Part shown: one piece after another, positions 37,327 to 50,933 of the stretch | How the letters are laid out: each line of letters begins with the position of its first letter | Position numbering within the stretch: the stretch's first letter is position 1 | Assembly: GCF_006345805.1 (NCBI RefSeq) | Contig: NC_043003.1 | Location: 62,682,001 to 62,746,000, forward strand | Length of the DNA stretch: 64,000 nt | DNA from: Octopus sinensis | Lineage: Eukaryota | Reading direction: 5' to 3' | The notes under the pieces: model-generated | Seen by the model: only the letters and a program-made list of their open reading frames with translations | Told to the model about the DNA's origin: nothing | Database searches by the model: none | Program-made: the position numbers and the translations under genes

Positions 37327-38774
37327 TGTGGTGTGTGTGTGTGTGTGTGTGTGCGTGCATGTGTGCACATACATTTGTATGTGTAAGCATGATTGTGTGC
37401 ATGTGCATCCATGCATGTGTGTGTATGTGTAAGTGTGTGTTTGGATATGTGCATCTGTTTGTGTGTATGAGTATTTGCACAAAGGCTCTAACAAGTGCCA
37501 TTCTTAAGATATTGTTGGGTCCAAGCCCATCGTGGAAGACACTTATTCAAGGTGCTATACAATGACATTGCACTTTTTAGCCATGCTTCCATGACTGTAC
37601 CTTTAGCATTCACCTCAACAAATCAGTCTTCCTTTGCATTGGAGCCCTTTACAGAAGCATTGACATACAAGTATAGGATAGAGAAAGTCCATATGAAAAT
37701 ATGGATGATCTGACCATATCATGAGAGATTTAGCTATACTGTGTTGCAGCCTGGAAATTTGAATGAAGTGTAGAAATGCATGGTTATTCAGTGTGTCAGT
37801 TAGCATTGATAACATGTTACTCATGAGGCAAACAATGATGACGGTGATGGTGGTGGTGGTGGTGATGTTGTTGTTATTGTTGTATAGATGTCATCCTACA
37901 AAGGTTCCATGCAAAATCCTTTCTAGAATCTATTTTATTCTCCACACTGATAAGTTAGCAGTATTTCTGTTATGATTCTCATAAACATTAACGTTTGACA
38001 AATATAGCATTTGTTATCTGTATACGAAGGATACATGTTTATATAGCTGTATAATCTGGAAATAATGTTGAAAGAATCTTTCTTCCTTTTTGTTTTTTTT
38101 CGCCACACTTCATACATTACTTTGCTAGACTCGAGGAAATCAACCACAGTTTTGTAATTTTGCTGCTTACATACAATGTAAAAAGTGGCAGAATACACAT
38201 GCTTTTTTGTTTTCTTCTCAGATAAACACTTTTGACTATGAGCCAAAATATATGTAACTGTATGCAGAGATCATCCACTCAACATTTCTTTCAAGAACAT
38301 ACCAGTTTTCTTGTGGAGCTAAATTTGAATAGCTCCTCTCATCTAGTAAATTTTCTTGCTTTTGTACATACTTTTAAAAGTGTGGCAAAAAGAAAAGGAT
38401 TTTTTCTTTTTGCTGAAATACATCTTCCATCTGCTTTTATGACAAGTGTTCCTGTCATCAATCAACTGATCCATCATCTCACTGAATTATTGTATAAACA
38501 GCTGAGTATCCCTCAGAAAATTTTTTAATCATTTCTTTTTTTTAATCTTTTACTTGTTTCAGTCATAGGATTGTGGCTATGTTGGGGTACTGCCTAGAAG
38601 GGTTTAATTGAGTAAATCGACCCCAATATTTATTTATTCAAGTGCTTAATCTAAGTTAGAGGATGTAATCAAACCAACACTGGTTGTCAAGTAGTGGTGG
38701 CAAACACAACACAAACACAAACACAAATATACACAGATACATACACACACACACACACACATTTGTATATTTAC

Positions 38775-38807
<33 letters not shown>

Positions 38808-40294
38808 TGCACACACTTACACATGCATACATGCACATGTGCACACACACACACACACAAATATGTGATGGGCCTCTTTCAATCTCCATCTACCAAATCT
38901 CCTTGCAAGACATTGGTCAGCCCATGGCTATTACTGGGTCTAAACCCAACCAAGCTTCTCAACTGCTCACCCGCACCTGTGTCTACTGTCAATAAGCAGT
39001 GAGCTGGAAGAAACATTAGCACGCCGGGTGAAATGCTTAGCAGTATTTAGTCTGTCTTTACATTCTGAGTTCAAATTCCACAGAGGTTGACTTTGCCTTT
39101 CATCCTCTTGGGGTCAATAAATTAAGTACCAGTTGCATACTGGGGTCAATCCAATCGACTGGCCCCCTCTACAAAATTTCAGGCCTTGTGCCTAGAGTAG
39201 AAAAGACTATAGTCCCTTGGCAGAAGCAGCTTGACATAATTCCATCAAGTTTGATCCCTTGAAGTATTACTGGTACCATCCACACAATAGGCTTCCACAC
39301 AGTTTCTCTCTACACAAGTAGACTATGCTGGGAGACACCTAAGGTAGCCATAAAGTAGGAGTGAACCTGAGACCTTATGGTTGTAATGCAAGTTCCTTAA
39401 CCACTCGACCATGTCTACATGTATGTCCATGTATTGTTTATGATATCAGAGGCCATCAGAATCTGAACACATTGTTAATTAAATTGACAAAAATAATTCA
39501 ATGTGTTGCATTTTAAAACAACTGATAGAAAATATTCAAAGAGGGTATTATTTTTGTTTTAATCAATATTCATTAGAGAAGAAAAAGGGACAGCCCCAAC
39601 AAAATGTAGTTGCCTTCAGCTATTTCTATAAAACTGAAGCAATAGCATGTTGAACACAAAAGATGTAGCAACTGCAGCTTCCTATTTTAGCTTGAGAGAT
39701 AACATTCTACTAGTTATAATGGTAGGAAATTGAGAGAGGAAGAAAGATGAGACTATAACAGGAGTGGCTGGTTATAGAAACAAGGAAATATGTGACAATA
39801 ACAGGAAAGAGAAAAGATATGAAATTTTGAACAAATTTGTAAGAGAAAATTCTAAATTCTTTGAAGTCTATAGGTTTCATTTCCCCATGAAAATCTGTAG
39901 TTGTGTATGTGAAGGTATTTGTGTGTCTGTTTGTATGTATGTGTATTGTGTTGATGTGTGTGTATGAGAAGGGGAGAGAGGAAAAGAGAGGAATGATAAA
40001 CAGGCTGTTAGATATGCCAGAGACAGCATCAGTCAACAACCATATGAATGAGCCAACAAGAGAACCTCTATGCAGTCATTTGATCTGTTAGAAACAGTAG
40101 TCATTTTTTTTTTCAAATCACAGCCTATAGTTTAAATAAAAATACATTGGGCATGATGTAGTTCCTGGTATAATACCTACAGGTGAGATAACTGCATGTC
40201 TTTGCTCATGGGCCAGCATTGTCCAATGTGTCCTCGTTCGAATATATAACTTGAGGGAGATCTTTCGTGACAACATTAGAAAATTACTCTAAGG

Positions 40295-40551
40295 CAGTGG
40301 TTCCTAAAGTGGGTGGTATTGCCCCCTGGGTGGAGGGGGTTGAAGAAAAGTGGGGTAATAATGGGGTTGCGATTCATGTAAAAACAACAAAATAATGGGT
40401 TTATTATCTTAAGTTTTATTTGTTAAATACAGTTGCTTTGACTTTGCCTCAGAAAGAGGTCTATGTTTGTGATAGTTAGCCAGGGTGGGGCACTAGGAAT
40501 GTAGCCTGGGTGTCAAGGGGGCAGCAGCCTGAAAAAGTTTGGGGACCACTG
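40295..40551. mobile_element. hAT (Charlie-like) MITE
   Basis: TIRs cagtggttcctaaa / tttggggaccactg; 8-bp TSD ctctaagg/ctctatgg. A related partial copy ends near 63626; another hAT-type end starts at ~63969. Confidence 0.88.
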
Positions 40552-41100
40552 CTCTATGGGATTATGTAGCATGTACAAGGAATAGGGGGATTCAAATGTT
40601 TTAAGATAACCATCTTTTATCTTTTACTTGTTTCACTCATTGAACCGCAACCATACTGGAGCACTACCTTGAAGGATTTAGTTAAAGAAATTGACCCCAG
40701 TTCTTATGTTTTAAATCTGGTTTTTATTTTATTAAGCTCTTTAGCCAAACTGCTAAGTTATAGTTATGTAAACAAACCAACACCGGTTGTCAAGCAGTGG
40801 TGGTGACAAACCCAAACCTATACACATACAGTTTCCATTTACCAAATTGGTCAGCCTATAGCTATAGTAGAAGATGTCCAATTTGCAGCAGCACAGTGAA
40901 ACTGAACTCAAAACCACATGGCTGCAGAATGTGCTTTATAAACTACACAGCCATACCTGCATCTATACACATATATTTTTTCAATAGCTTTCACCTTTAA
41001 GTTTCTCAATTCTGACTTCTTTTATTTTGCAACTGCAGCAGCAGAAATTCAAATTCAAAGTCAACTAGCAGATTTTGAGCCATCACAAGATCACTATTAA

Positions 41101-41751
41101 CCCTTTTGCATTCACGTTATTCTGTCAAAAGTAACCCTTATTTATTCACATTGTTTTCAATTGGTCTTGTACTGTTTTGTAGCTATGAAATTTTGATGAA
41201 GTAACTGTTAATCTTTTGGTATGATAGGCGCAAGAGTCGCCATAGGTGCAGGAGTGGCTGTGTGGTAAGTAGCTTGCTTACTGACCATATGGTTCTGAGT
41301 TCAGTCCCACTGTGTGGCACCTTGGCCAAGTGTCTTCTACTATAGTCCCGGGCCCACCATAGCCTTGTGAGTGGATTTGGTCAATGGAAACTGAAAGAAA
41401 CCTGTCGTATATGTGTGTGTGTGTAGGGTGTGTAGGTGTATGTATGTTTGGGTGTCTGTGTTTGTCCCCCCACCATCACTTGACAACCAATGTTGGTGTG
41501 TTTGTATCCCCGTAACTTAGCGGTTCAGCAAAAGAGACCGATAGAATAAGTACTAGGCTTACAAGGAATAAGTCCTGGGGTCAATTTGTTCAACTAAAGG
41601 CAGCTCCAGCATGGCTGCAGTCAAATGACTGAAACAACTAAAAGAATAAAAGAATATTGTAGGGCAGGTGTGAGAAACCTGACTTGGTCAGTTTAAACAT
41701 AAAACAAGTAGAATTTTTTGGCTGGGTGTGGCCATTTTAAATGGCAAAGGG
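41101..41751. mobile_element. piggyBac-type MITE with a nested full-length SINE
   Basis: TTAA-cccttttgc ... ggcaaaggg-TTAA; the uninterrupted relative lies at 52116-52314. Confidence 0.82.
41242..41655 (+). mobile_element. Full-length OK-type tRNA-derived SINE
   Basis: Box A tggctgtgtggtaag, box B-like gagttcagtccc, internal TG tract, tail ctccagcatggctgcagtcaaatgactgaaac. Minus-strand copies at ~38545-38935, 40615-40960, 42670-43035 and 63205-63455. Confidence 0.88.
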
Positions 41752-41892
41752 TTAATTGAACCACTGTTGATCTGTGTATATGGTATGATATGGCATGCTC
41801 TGTCTGGCACCTATTGACTGGGGTTATACACTATGTAGCATTCTGGATTCTATTCTGTAAGTTTTGAGTGCAGGGTAGTTTCTTGAGTCAAA

Positions 41893-42548
41893 CTCCAGTG
41901 TTTGACCTGAGCAAAAAAAAAAAAAGCAATAGCTGTAAAACATGTAGTAAACGAATATAAAAAAAAATGCACGCTGGCGAACGGGGAGTGGGGAAGAGAA
42001 CTTAGAAAATTCACATCAGGAATGTTCCAAGTCCTCTCACCACTTCCCCATTTTTCAGCAAAATTTCTTTCTTCATATTTGTTTACTACATATTCTTTTA
42101 CACCTAGTACACTATTTTTTTTTTTCAATTTTTCTGATGGGTGGGGTGTAGACTCGGATAATTCACGTGATCCAGTAACCCCCCACTTCAACAACCAGTC
42201 ACAAATTTTTTTTTAAATAGTGTAACAGGTGTAAAACAGCATGTAATAAACAAATATGAATGTTCTGACTACTCTCACCTCCTCCCACCGTTCACCAGCT
42301 CGCATTTTTTTTTATATTCGTTTACTACATGTTGTTTTACACCTATTGCACTATTGTTTTTTTTTCCATTTTTGTAACCAGGTGTTAACATTGAGTTTTC
42401 AGATCCTGTGAGATTGATCATGTGAATTTTCCGGGTCCTCTCCCCCACCCCCGTTCACTAATGCGCATTTTTGTTATATACATTTACTACATGTTGTTTT
42501 GCACCTATTGCACTATTTTTTTTTTTTTGCTCAGGTCAAACACTGGAG
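41893..42548. mobile_element. Fold-back-like non-autonomous element with long imperfect TIRs and internal inverted subrepeats
   Basis: Perfect terminal ctccagtgtttgacctgagc(A)n / (T)ngctcaggtcaaacactggag; homology extends ~125 bp inward; five copies of a ~50-bp motif. Confidence 0.75.
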
Positions 42549-43269
42549 CTTCACCGTTTCTTGTTGGTCAGTTTGACAACTAGGTAAAAGATTTCTATTT
42601 CAGACATGCCTTTATAGGTGTTTGACACTTATAAAGGTGCCTGTTTTCTCTACATGTAGGGTAATTTCTTTTATCTTTTGTTTGTGTCAGTCATCAAACT
42701 GCGGCCATGCTGGAGCACCAACTTGAAGAATTTTTAGTTGAATGAATTGATCCCAGTAATTGCTTTTCAAGCCCAGTATTTATTCTATCAGTCTCTTTTG
42801 CTGAATTTGCTAAGTTATGGGGATGTAAACACACCAACACTGGTTGACAAGTGGTGGTGGGGTACAAATACAGACACAAAGACACACACCCATGTATATA
42901 TGATGGGCTTCTTTCATTTTCCATCTTCCAAATCCATTCACAAGGCTTTGTTCGGCCCAAAGCTATAGTAGAAGACATTTGTCTAAGGTGTCACACAATG
43001 GGACTGAACCCAGAACCATGCAGTTTGGAAGCAAGTGTCTTATTTCGTAATTATCTGTTTTTGTTATTGTTTAGTCTCAGGCCAATACTGATAAAGTACA
43101 CCTAGTATTGAAAGATTTCTATCTACTTTTTGGACCTACTTTATCCCAGACTACTTTTACTAACAGTTCTTCCTCTTTTTGAAAGTCAGTTGAGTAAGAT
43201 TTGAGTGAAGTTCAACTACTATTTCTAGCAAGTCAAGTGACCTCCTACAGGCCCATTCATAGAATTTTG

Positions 43270-44270
43270 TGGAATTGAAAGTATCTTAGATACTGCTTAT
43301 TTTCATGTCTTTCACATAAATTCTTTTATTAAGGTTACATTTTTTTCAACCAAACAGAGTAAGTATGGAAGTAGTTTAATATTATAGTGCAGAATATATT
43401 GGTATGGTTGATTCCTTCCTCCTTTAAACTCCAGATATATTGAGAAATCTTAACTTAGTTTCATTTATCACTAGATATGAACTGGTAGATATACCAAGTA
43501 TATCCGCACTTTAATGTGCTTCTGGTGAGACTGGTGTAGTTTTTCATGCTGTCATCTACCAAAGATACCTTGCTTCAAATGCAAAAGTCCTTGTTAGGCA
43601 TCTACCATTGAGAGAAAAGGCTGTATTATCACTGCAAGATTTGGGTATTCATGATTGCCTCTATTAATTCCAGCAACAGAGGTAGCAATATATTTGCTGC
43701 AGCTGTAACTAGCTTTTACATTGTTTCTACTGAACAGCTTGTGATATTTGGTTGTTGGGGAACAGTACATTGATGAATGTTGAGTTGCTCCAAGTTATGC
43801 TGGCATTATACTCTCACTGGAAGAGAAATTGTGGCATACTATTTTTATTTCCCTGTCTGGCTGGTCAGTGTGTTTTAAATTACATGTTTTATAATTTGTT
43901 TGAGCTCACTTTTATTCAATAAGTCTTTATAGTAATGCACACTATGATCGAAGGATTCCTTGTGAGAGGATATATTGGAGAAACTTTGCTAAAGTTATTG
44001 ATTAGGTTTGTTAAGACTGTAGGGAGATTATATAAATTTCTATAGAGATAATGTAGTTCTTTATTAGGATTTCTATAAGAGTGGTATTTATCAGTAATTA
44101 AATATAATATCTAATAACTTTATAATCCTAATGATAGTTCAGACAATGATTTCTAAAGTTAACATCTTTAAAATTATTTAAGTTTTCCTAAATTTATCTA
44201 AATCAGGTTCAGACTGATGTAGTGGGACATTCCCAGCCCATCATCTCTATACAATCATATGCATGATAAT
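43270..44270 (-). mobile_element. Decayed Penelope-like element (RT end and GIY-YIG)
   Basis: Minus strand KYHKLFSRNNVKASYSC, LNGRCLT and LNKR...RHENKQYL. Confidence 0.72.
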
Positions 44271-44485
44271 ATTAATTTACTTTAGAATATGGATAGATTG
44301 TAAAAAACACCCACTACACTCGTGGAGTGGTTGGCGTTAGGAAGGGCATCCAGCCGTAGAAACACTGCCAAATCTGACTGGGCCTGATGAAGCCTTCCGG
44401 CTTCACAGACCCCAGTTAAACCGTCCAACCCATGCTAGCATGGAAAACGGACGCTAAATGATGATGATGATGATGATGATGATGT

Positions 44486-45280
44486 GTGGTTGAATGGATT
44501 TGTCTGGAAGCTCTCATGGACACAAGACCACTACATCACATCACACTTTGAAGGAAGGCTATGCATTTGCAATCCAGGAACAGGAGATTTCCACAAAGTA
44601 CCTGGTGAACAAGAGAAACAGTGATGCTCTTGAAATCCCAAGGTGCAACTGCATGTGTATGCAATTTCATGTTTCTGTGGAAGATATTATGCATGGGATT
44701 AGCAGCTGTCCTAAAATATCATCATGGTACTACCTCCCTATGTGGCACAATGTTGTTGCTAAAACAATTTACAATGCCATCCAAAAAAAAGACTGTCCTG
44801 AAATAAACTTAAAAAATCCCTGTTATGGAATACATTCATAAACACCAACTCAAGGAATACTAGTGGAATATTCCCATCAAAACTTCTGTCAAATGTAAAC
44901 ATAACAGGCCAGATATTGTTGTTTGGGACAAAGAGAAAGAGGACCAATGGACAAAAAGAGGACCAATGGACAACTGCTTCGAAACCTCCAGCTTCTATAT
45001 CCAGACTATGAATTCATATTCATACCAATAATAATTGGAACATTAGGTTTTGTTAGTAAATGCTTAAAGGAGAATCTGGATAAACAGATTTTCAGAAAGA
45101 GAAATCAGCCGGCTAATTTATACATTACAAGTGCAATCTGTGAATGGAACTGTAAAAATATGCAGACTCTTCTCAAGTTCCAAATGTGAATTTGTCTGTG
45201 TTATCAACATCCCAAAGATGGAGCCTTGTATCTTTGTTGGAAACTGGCTCCCTCCTCAGTGGAAGATTTATAATAATTAA
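44486..45280 (+). mobile_element. 3' fragment of an R4/Dong-clade retrotransposon (zinc knuckle and REL endonuclease)
   Basis: AIQEQEISTKYL, VEDIMHGISSCPKI..YYLPMWHNVVAK, CKHNRPDIVVWDKE and QLLRNLQLLYPDYEFIFIPIIIGTLG; frameshifted. Confidence 0.82.
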
Positions 45281-45635
45281 GAAATAGAAGAGTCATGGAC
45301 ACAGACACTCACATATACATGTATGTATGTCCATCCATTTTTACACCCATAAATATGTACGTATCATCATCATCATCATTATCATCATTATTTAACATTT
45401 ATTTACCATGATGGCATGGGTTGGACAGTTTGACAGAAGCTGGCAAGCCAGAGAGCTGCACCAGGCTCCAATTATTTGTTTTGGTTATAGAAAGCATGCC
45501 AAAGTAGACATGCATAGACATATACATACTTATACATGCATATATATATATATGCAGATAGATAGATAGATAAACAGACAGATAGATAGATAGGTAGATA
45601 GATAGGCAGACAGACAGACAGATAAACAGATATAC

Positions 45636-45666
<31 letters not shown>

Positions 45667-45674
45667 TAGATATG

Positions 45675-45724
<50 letters not shown>

Positions 45725-45847
45725 CCTGCTCGCTTAGCCAGCAGGGTGGCGTTATTTGAAGGCTAAACGCATTGTGACCAGCGATGTGTAGCAACATCTG
45801 ATAGCCTGGTCGGTCACGGTGATCATGGTGATGTATATATATATATA

Positions 45848-45878
<31 letters not shown>

Positions 45879-45880
<2 letters not shown>

Positions 45881-46094
45881 AGGGGTGCTGAAAAGTTCCT
45901 GGCTTTGGGTAAAAAAAATACACAGGAGGATCAGTTAATTACAATTTAATTTCACATATTTCCCTCTCAGATTTACACACTTATTGCAGCAATCCTTCAG
46001 TTTTACTAAGCCTTGTAAAAGTACCCGGAAGATTGGGCTTCCATCCAGGCCTTTTATGATAACTTTAAAGCCATGGACTTTTCACCACTCCCTC
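45879..46094. mobile_element. Short mariner-derived MITE
   Basis: TIRs aggggtgctgaaaagttcctggcttt / aaagccatggacttttcaccactccct. Confidence 0.75.
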
Positions 46095-46139
<45 letters not shown>

Positions 46140-47399
46140 TGCGCATGTGTGTATACATACATTCATATCTGTTTGTCTACATATCTCATTATCTATCTAT
46201 CCGACCATAGGAACCATGCCAAATCAGACTGGAGCCTGGTGCAGCTCCCCAGCTTGCCAGCTTTGGTTAAACCATCCAACCCATGCCAACATAGACAATA
46301 GACATTAAATGATGATGATGATGACAACAATGACGACAATGATGATATATACATATACATATATAGCTGAGAAAAAAATACCTCAGGAATGTTACTTTCG
46401 CCAATTGATTTTAAAAACAAGTTCTATTCCAATCTGTATTGTTTATGAAGTGTATGAAATTGCTATCAACTGATTCTATAGGAGCCATTCCTTTTGGTTG
46501 CTGTTTTTATATCTTAAATGTTCCTTGAGGACATCAAGTCCACTAATTGCTTGAACAATCCTAGTTGATCAAAGTTTTTATTTAACTCTATACATTGCAT
46601 ATTATGAGACTCTAGTGAGTTTTTGTCTTTTTCCTTCTGATCATACCAATGCGCCCATGTTTATAGATATCTTGACTATTATATTTTCCTGTTTCATTGT
46701 ATTTAGTTTATTTTTCATTTGCTAACCCCCGTTACATAAATATTATTCAATGATGTATGTTCTCAAGGTATTTACACTAACACTTTTCTTTTTAATAAGC
46801 TGCTACTGATGTATTTGAATTATTTAACATTGTGCATCCATGAGAGATATTATCTCCAAACGAATATCGCAGTTAATTTGGCTTTTCATGATTTATTTGC
46901 ATTAAGCATGATACACAGAGGGCTATTTCAATCTAATACTGCTTCTGTTGCACAAAATGGATTTATTTCATATTTTTGACTTCTGATGGCATGGCGATTA
47001 TTTTAAAATATTTCTCTTACAACAAACATAGTGAATAAAATATTTCTTGCTTCTGTTTCAGTCTACATATCTACATACACACAATCGCATGTGTGTACAT
47101 GTATATGTGTATATAATATATATATCATCATCATCATCATCATCATCGTCGTCGTCGTCGTCATCATTTAATGTCTGTGTTCTATGCTAGCATGGGTGGG
47201 ACGGTACCACAAAAGCCAGCCTGGCTGAAGCCGGCACCAGACTTCTGTGATTGTTTTGGCAGGATCTTTACAGCTTGATGCCCTTCCTAACATCAATCAC
47301 TCAACAGAATGCTTTTTAATCGGTAAAACTAAGCACGTGTCCGGTTTTATATAGAAAACTAGTGTTTAGTTTTGCAAATTATATTGAATGTGGAATGAT

Positions 47400-47469
47400 C
47401 ATACTGATGAATCTATAGACGAAGAATTACGTAAGTAATTTATTCGGTAATAGAAGAAACCGGTATACG
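47400..47469 (+). ncRNA. Type I hammerhead ribozyme motif with a long stem II (PLE pLTR remnant ~47320-47630)
   Basis: cata-CTGATGA-a-tctat..cgaa..aattac gtaa gtaatt..ttcg..ataga-a-GAAA-CCGG-TA-tacg; palindromic CCGG in place of stem III. Confidence 0.7.
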
Positions 47470-47637
47470 ATTAATTCTTGATTTTTATGTAATTTTCATG
47501 TCTTACCCGCCTATGTTCTAGTGTTCGCTGAATTTTCTCTGGAGAACATTCTTTCTTTGTAGTAGTTAGATCATATGTAATCTTTCTCTAGCATATGGCT
47601 ATCCCCCTAATGGTTTTTTTAAGCCCTAAATATACAC

Positions 47638-47681
<44 letters not shown>

Positions 47682-47777
47682 TATAGGGAAAGTTTACGAA
47701 AAAAAAACAAAAGACGAAGACAGGTGGTGTACAAAACGAACAGATGTATTAGTATAGCATTCAGGAATAGAAAAAGT

Positions 47778-47813
47778 TTTTTACGTTTCGAGCCTACGCT
47801 CTTCTACAGAAAG
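47778..47813 (-). ncRNA. Minimal hammerhead motif, variant core, in a solo PLE pLTR (47687-47875)
   Basis: cttt-CTGTAGA-a-gagc gtag gctc-GAAA-CG-TA-aaaa; the surrounding ~190 bp is homologous to 23945-24135. Confidence 0.62.
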
Positions 47814-48782
47814 ATACACAGAAAAAACAAGGAGAGAAAAAAAATGTGTGTAATGGCTAACGATCTATCATGGCACACATACACACATATACATACACAC
47901 ACACACACATGTATGTATATAGAATATAAACAAGCCAGTTTTTCATTATCTGGCCTTATTTGCTTATATGATGTATATGTACATTGTAATATCAATATGC
48001 TACAGCATAGGTACATCTACCTATAGCATATCAGATATGCCAATAGCATAATAGCTAAGCCTGTCAACAGCATAGCATAAATCTGCAGGATAGCTAAGCA
48101 ACATTTATCAGACATTAACACAGTTTTACAAATATGAATATTGATACTTTATGTTCCTATTATTGATACCCAAATTTTTGATTTTGTTAATGATTATTAA
48201 ATAAACTATTACACTCATGAGATGAGTGTAATAATAGTTGTTTTAGCAGACTTTCTGAATAACTATAACAACCTCATAGAGAATTACAATGGCAAAGAAT
48301 TCAGTAATTGTGTGATTGTTTCGTTCTGTGAAAGAATGTTTTGTCCAAAACATTTAATTCCTATTTTTGCCCTTCGATCCATACCCTTTTCCAGTAAATT
48401 TTTATTGGTACTTCTCTCCTTGAGGTAGAGATAGCTATTTTGAAAGTTTACCAATTAGCTATTACATCCATTTCATGAATGTAATAGTATATTTACTAAT
48501 GCTTTTGAAAAGAGAAATTTACCTTCAATAGGTAATTATTGAATATTATTATCAGATGTTTGTATCTGCTTGGTGTGCAAACCCAAAATGGCCACCTTCA
48601 GAAAGTGTTTTGAATCAGATGTTTGGTCCATCACTAGTGTCGTCTATCATTGTGCAACGTTCTATCTTTTTTTAAGGTGTCTCAATAGATTTTCTATAGA
48701 ATTCAAATCCAGCACTGTAAGTTATTTCAGAAACAAATACGTCTATGTAAACACTGCTACTGAAGATAGAAAATAGGTGTTG

Positions 48783-48826
48783 TGTGTATATGTATATTTC
48801 AAAGATTATTGTTCTCTCATCAGCAC
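48783..48826 (-). ncRNA. Possible degenerate minimal hammerhead
   Basis: gtg-CTGATGA-gaga acaataa tcttt-GAAA-tatacata-TA-cac; the stems are short. Confidence 0.4.
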
Positions 48827-49889
48827 TTTATCCAACCTGTCAGCTATTCACAAACATATTGTTTAAACACCCACTAAATTTAGTGGTGTAACATAACTGG
48901 ATTGATCAATTTTGTATATTCAAACTCATTTCTGGCAACTTGTATGTTTATTAGAACACAGAAGATCCATGTCAGCATATATAAACAACATCTGTATAAT
49001 TCTTTTGGACATCTAGAGTCTAGAAATGTCTGGAGTGCTAAGAGTACCATACAAGCATGATCGTGGCCAGAGCAACAAACTGGCCTCCGTGCCGGTGGCA
49101 CGTAAAAAGCACCATTCAAGCATGATCATTACCTGTGTCAGCTTACTCACATTTGTGCTGGTGGCGCGTGAAAAAACATTCAAGCGAGGTCATTGCCAGT
49201 GCCGCTGGACTGGCTTCTGTGCAGGTGGCACATAAAAAGCACCACTTGAGCGTGGCTGTTGCCAGTACCACCTGACTCGCCCTTGTGCCAGTGGCACGTA
49301 AAAGCACCCACTACACTCTCAGAGTGGTTGGCGTTAGGAAGGGCATCCAGCTGTAGAAACTCTGCCAGATCAGATTGGAGTATGGTGCAGCCATCTGGTT
49401 CGCCAGACCTCAGCCAAATTGTCCAACCCATGCTAGCATGGAAAGCGGACGTTAAACGATGATGATGATGATGATGATGAAGATGATGATGATCTAGAAA
49501 ATTGAGATGGTTGGCACCACACTGAAGGAATGCAGAACATTAAGATAAGCTTTAACTAAGAAATATTGATGAACTTTTGAATCAGCACACTTCTGTGTTA
49601 ACCAGCACTTGTTTGATTAAAGACTTCGATATGGTTCGTTTCACACAGTGGATACAAACTGGTTTAAATGAGAAGCAGACTGAGTAGTCTCTCCTAGAAT
49701 GGGCTGAGATGAAAGCTGTTCTGGAAAGGTTGGATGAAGATGAGATGATTGAGTGCAGCTGACTGGGCAACATGCTTTGTCAACAGTATATTTTGGCATT
49801 GAAGACAAACACATGCATATGCAGAAAATTACAAATACCGATAGAGAGAAAGAGAGAGATGAAGAAGAGAGAGAAAAACACTACATATA

Positions 49890-49929
<40 letters not shown>

Positions 49930-49935
<6 letters not shown>

Positions 49936-50118
49936 GAAAGAATGGAGTCGAACGACGATTTAACAAAATTCCTTTATTCTCGACATATGTTTCGAAGACT
50001 GCATATTCCTAATTCCGAAGAAATAAATGGAGGAATTAGGAATATGCAGTCTTCAAAACATATGTTGGGAATAAAGGAATTTTGTTAAATCGTCGTTCGA
50101 CTCCATTCTTTCATTTAT
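49930..50118. repeat. 87-bp inverted repeat with a 15-nt spacer (probable PLE inverted pLTR), part of a ~340 bp insert in (TA)n
   Basis: Arms 49930-50016 and 50032-50118 with 3 transition mismatches; contain the hammerhead 3' half GAAA-CATATG-TC on the minus strand of the left arm. Confidence 0.92.
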
Positions 50119-50265
50119 TTATAGTAAAAAAAACACACAAATTTCCACACGAAAGCATGTGATCTCTGCCCTTGGCATGTAGCTTCAACCGTGTTTTCTG
50201 ACGTGAATTTGCTACCCGGGTATCGGTTAACCGAATTATCCATACTAGGATAATTCTTTCAACTA

Positions 50266-50311
<46 letters not shown>

Positions 50312-50861
50312 CATAACTAGATATTCTCACACACATTGAAAGAGATAAAGAATAGGGAGAGACCAAGAGGGGCATTAAAATGTCTACTGTCTAATAAGTC
50401 AGCATCAAAGCAGCAATCCCAAATAGATGTCACAAAATGTCTCCTAACCTGCCTACATCATTTCTGCCATAGGCAATAAAAAAGCAATTTCTCTCTCATT
50501 CCTCCATTTCCATTTGTTGTTTTCTACAAGACTTGCTGTAAATCCATCACCTTATAATGTTTCCTTGCACAACTCTACCTTCTTCTGTCTCACATCCTTT
50601 GCCATTATTGCAAATAATGAAATTACTGGGAGGGCAAAGATAATGGAAATGCAGTGAGCTGGCTGGATCATTAGCATACCAAAGAAAATTCTTAGTGGAC
50701 TCTCTTCCAGCTTTGCATTCTAAGTTCAAATTACATTGAGGTTGATTTTGTCTTTCATTCTTTCTCGGCCAATGAAATAGGCTCCAGTTGAGCACTGGGG
50801 TCGATGTAATCAAGTGGTTCTCTCCACCAAAATTTCATGCTTTGTTCTTATAGTTGAAAGG

Positions 50862-50933
<72 letters not shown>

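Noticed and set aside
41242-41320. tRNA genes
   Set aside because: Box A/B sequences here and at ~58050-58118 are SINE heads that run into SINE bodies and lack a full cloverleaf.
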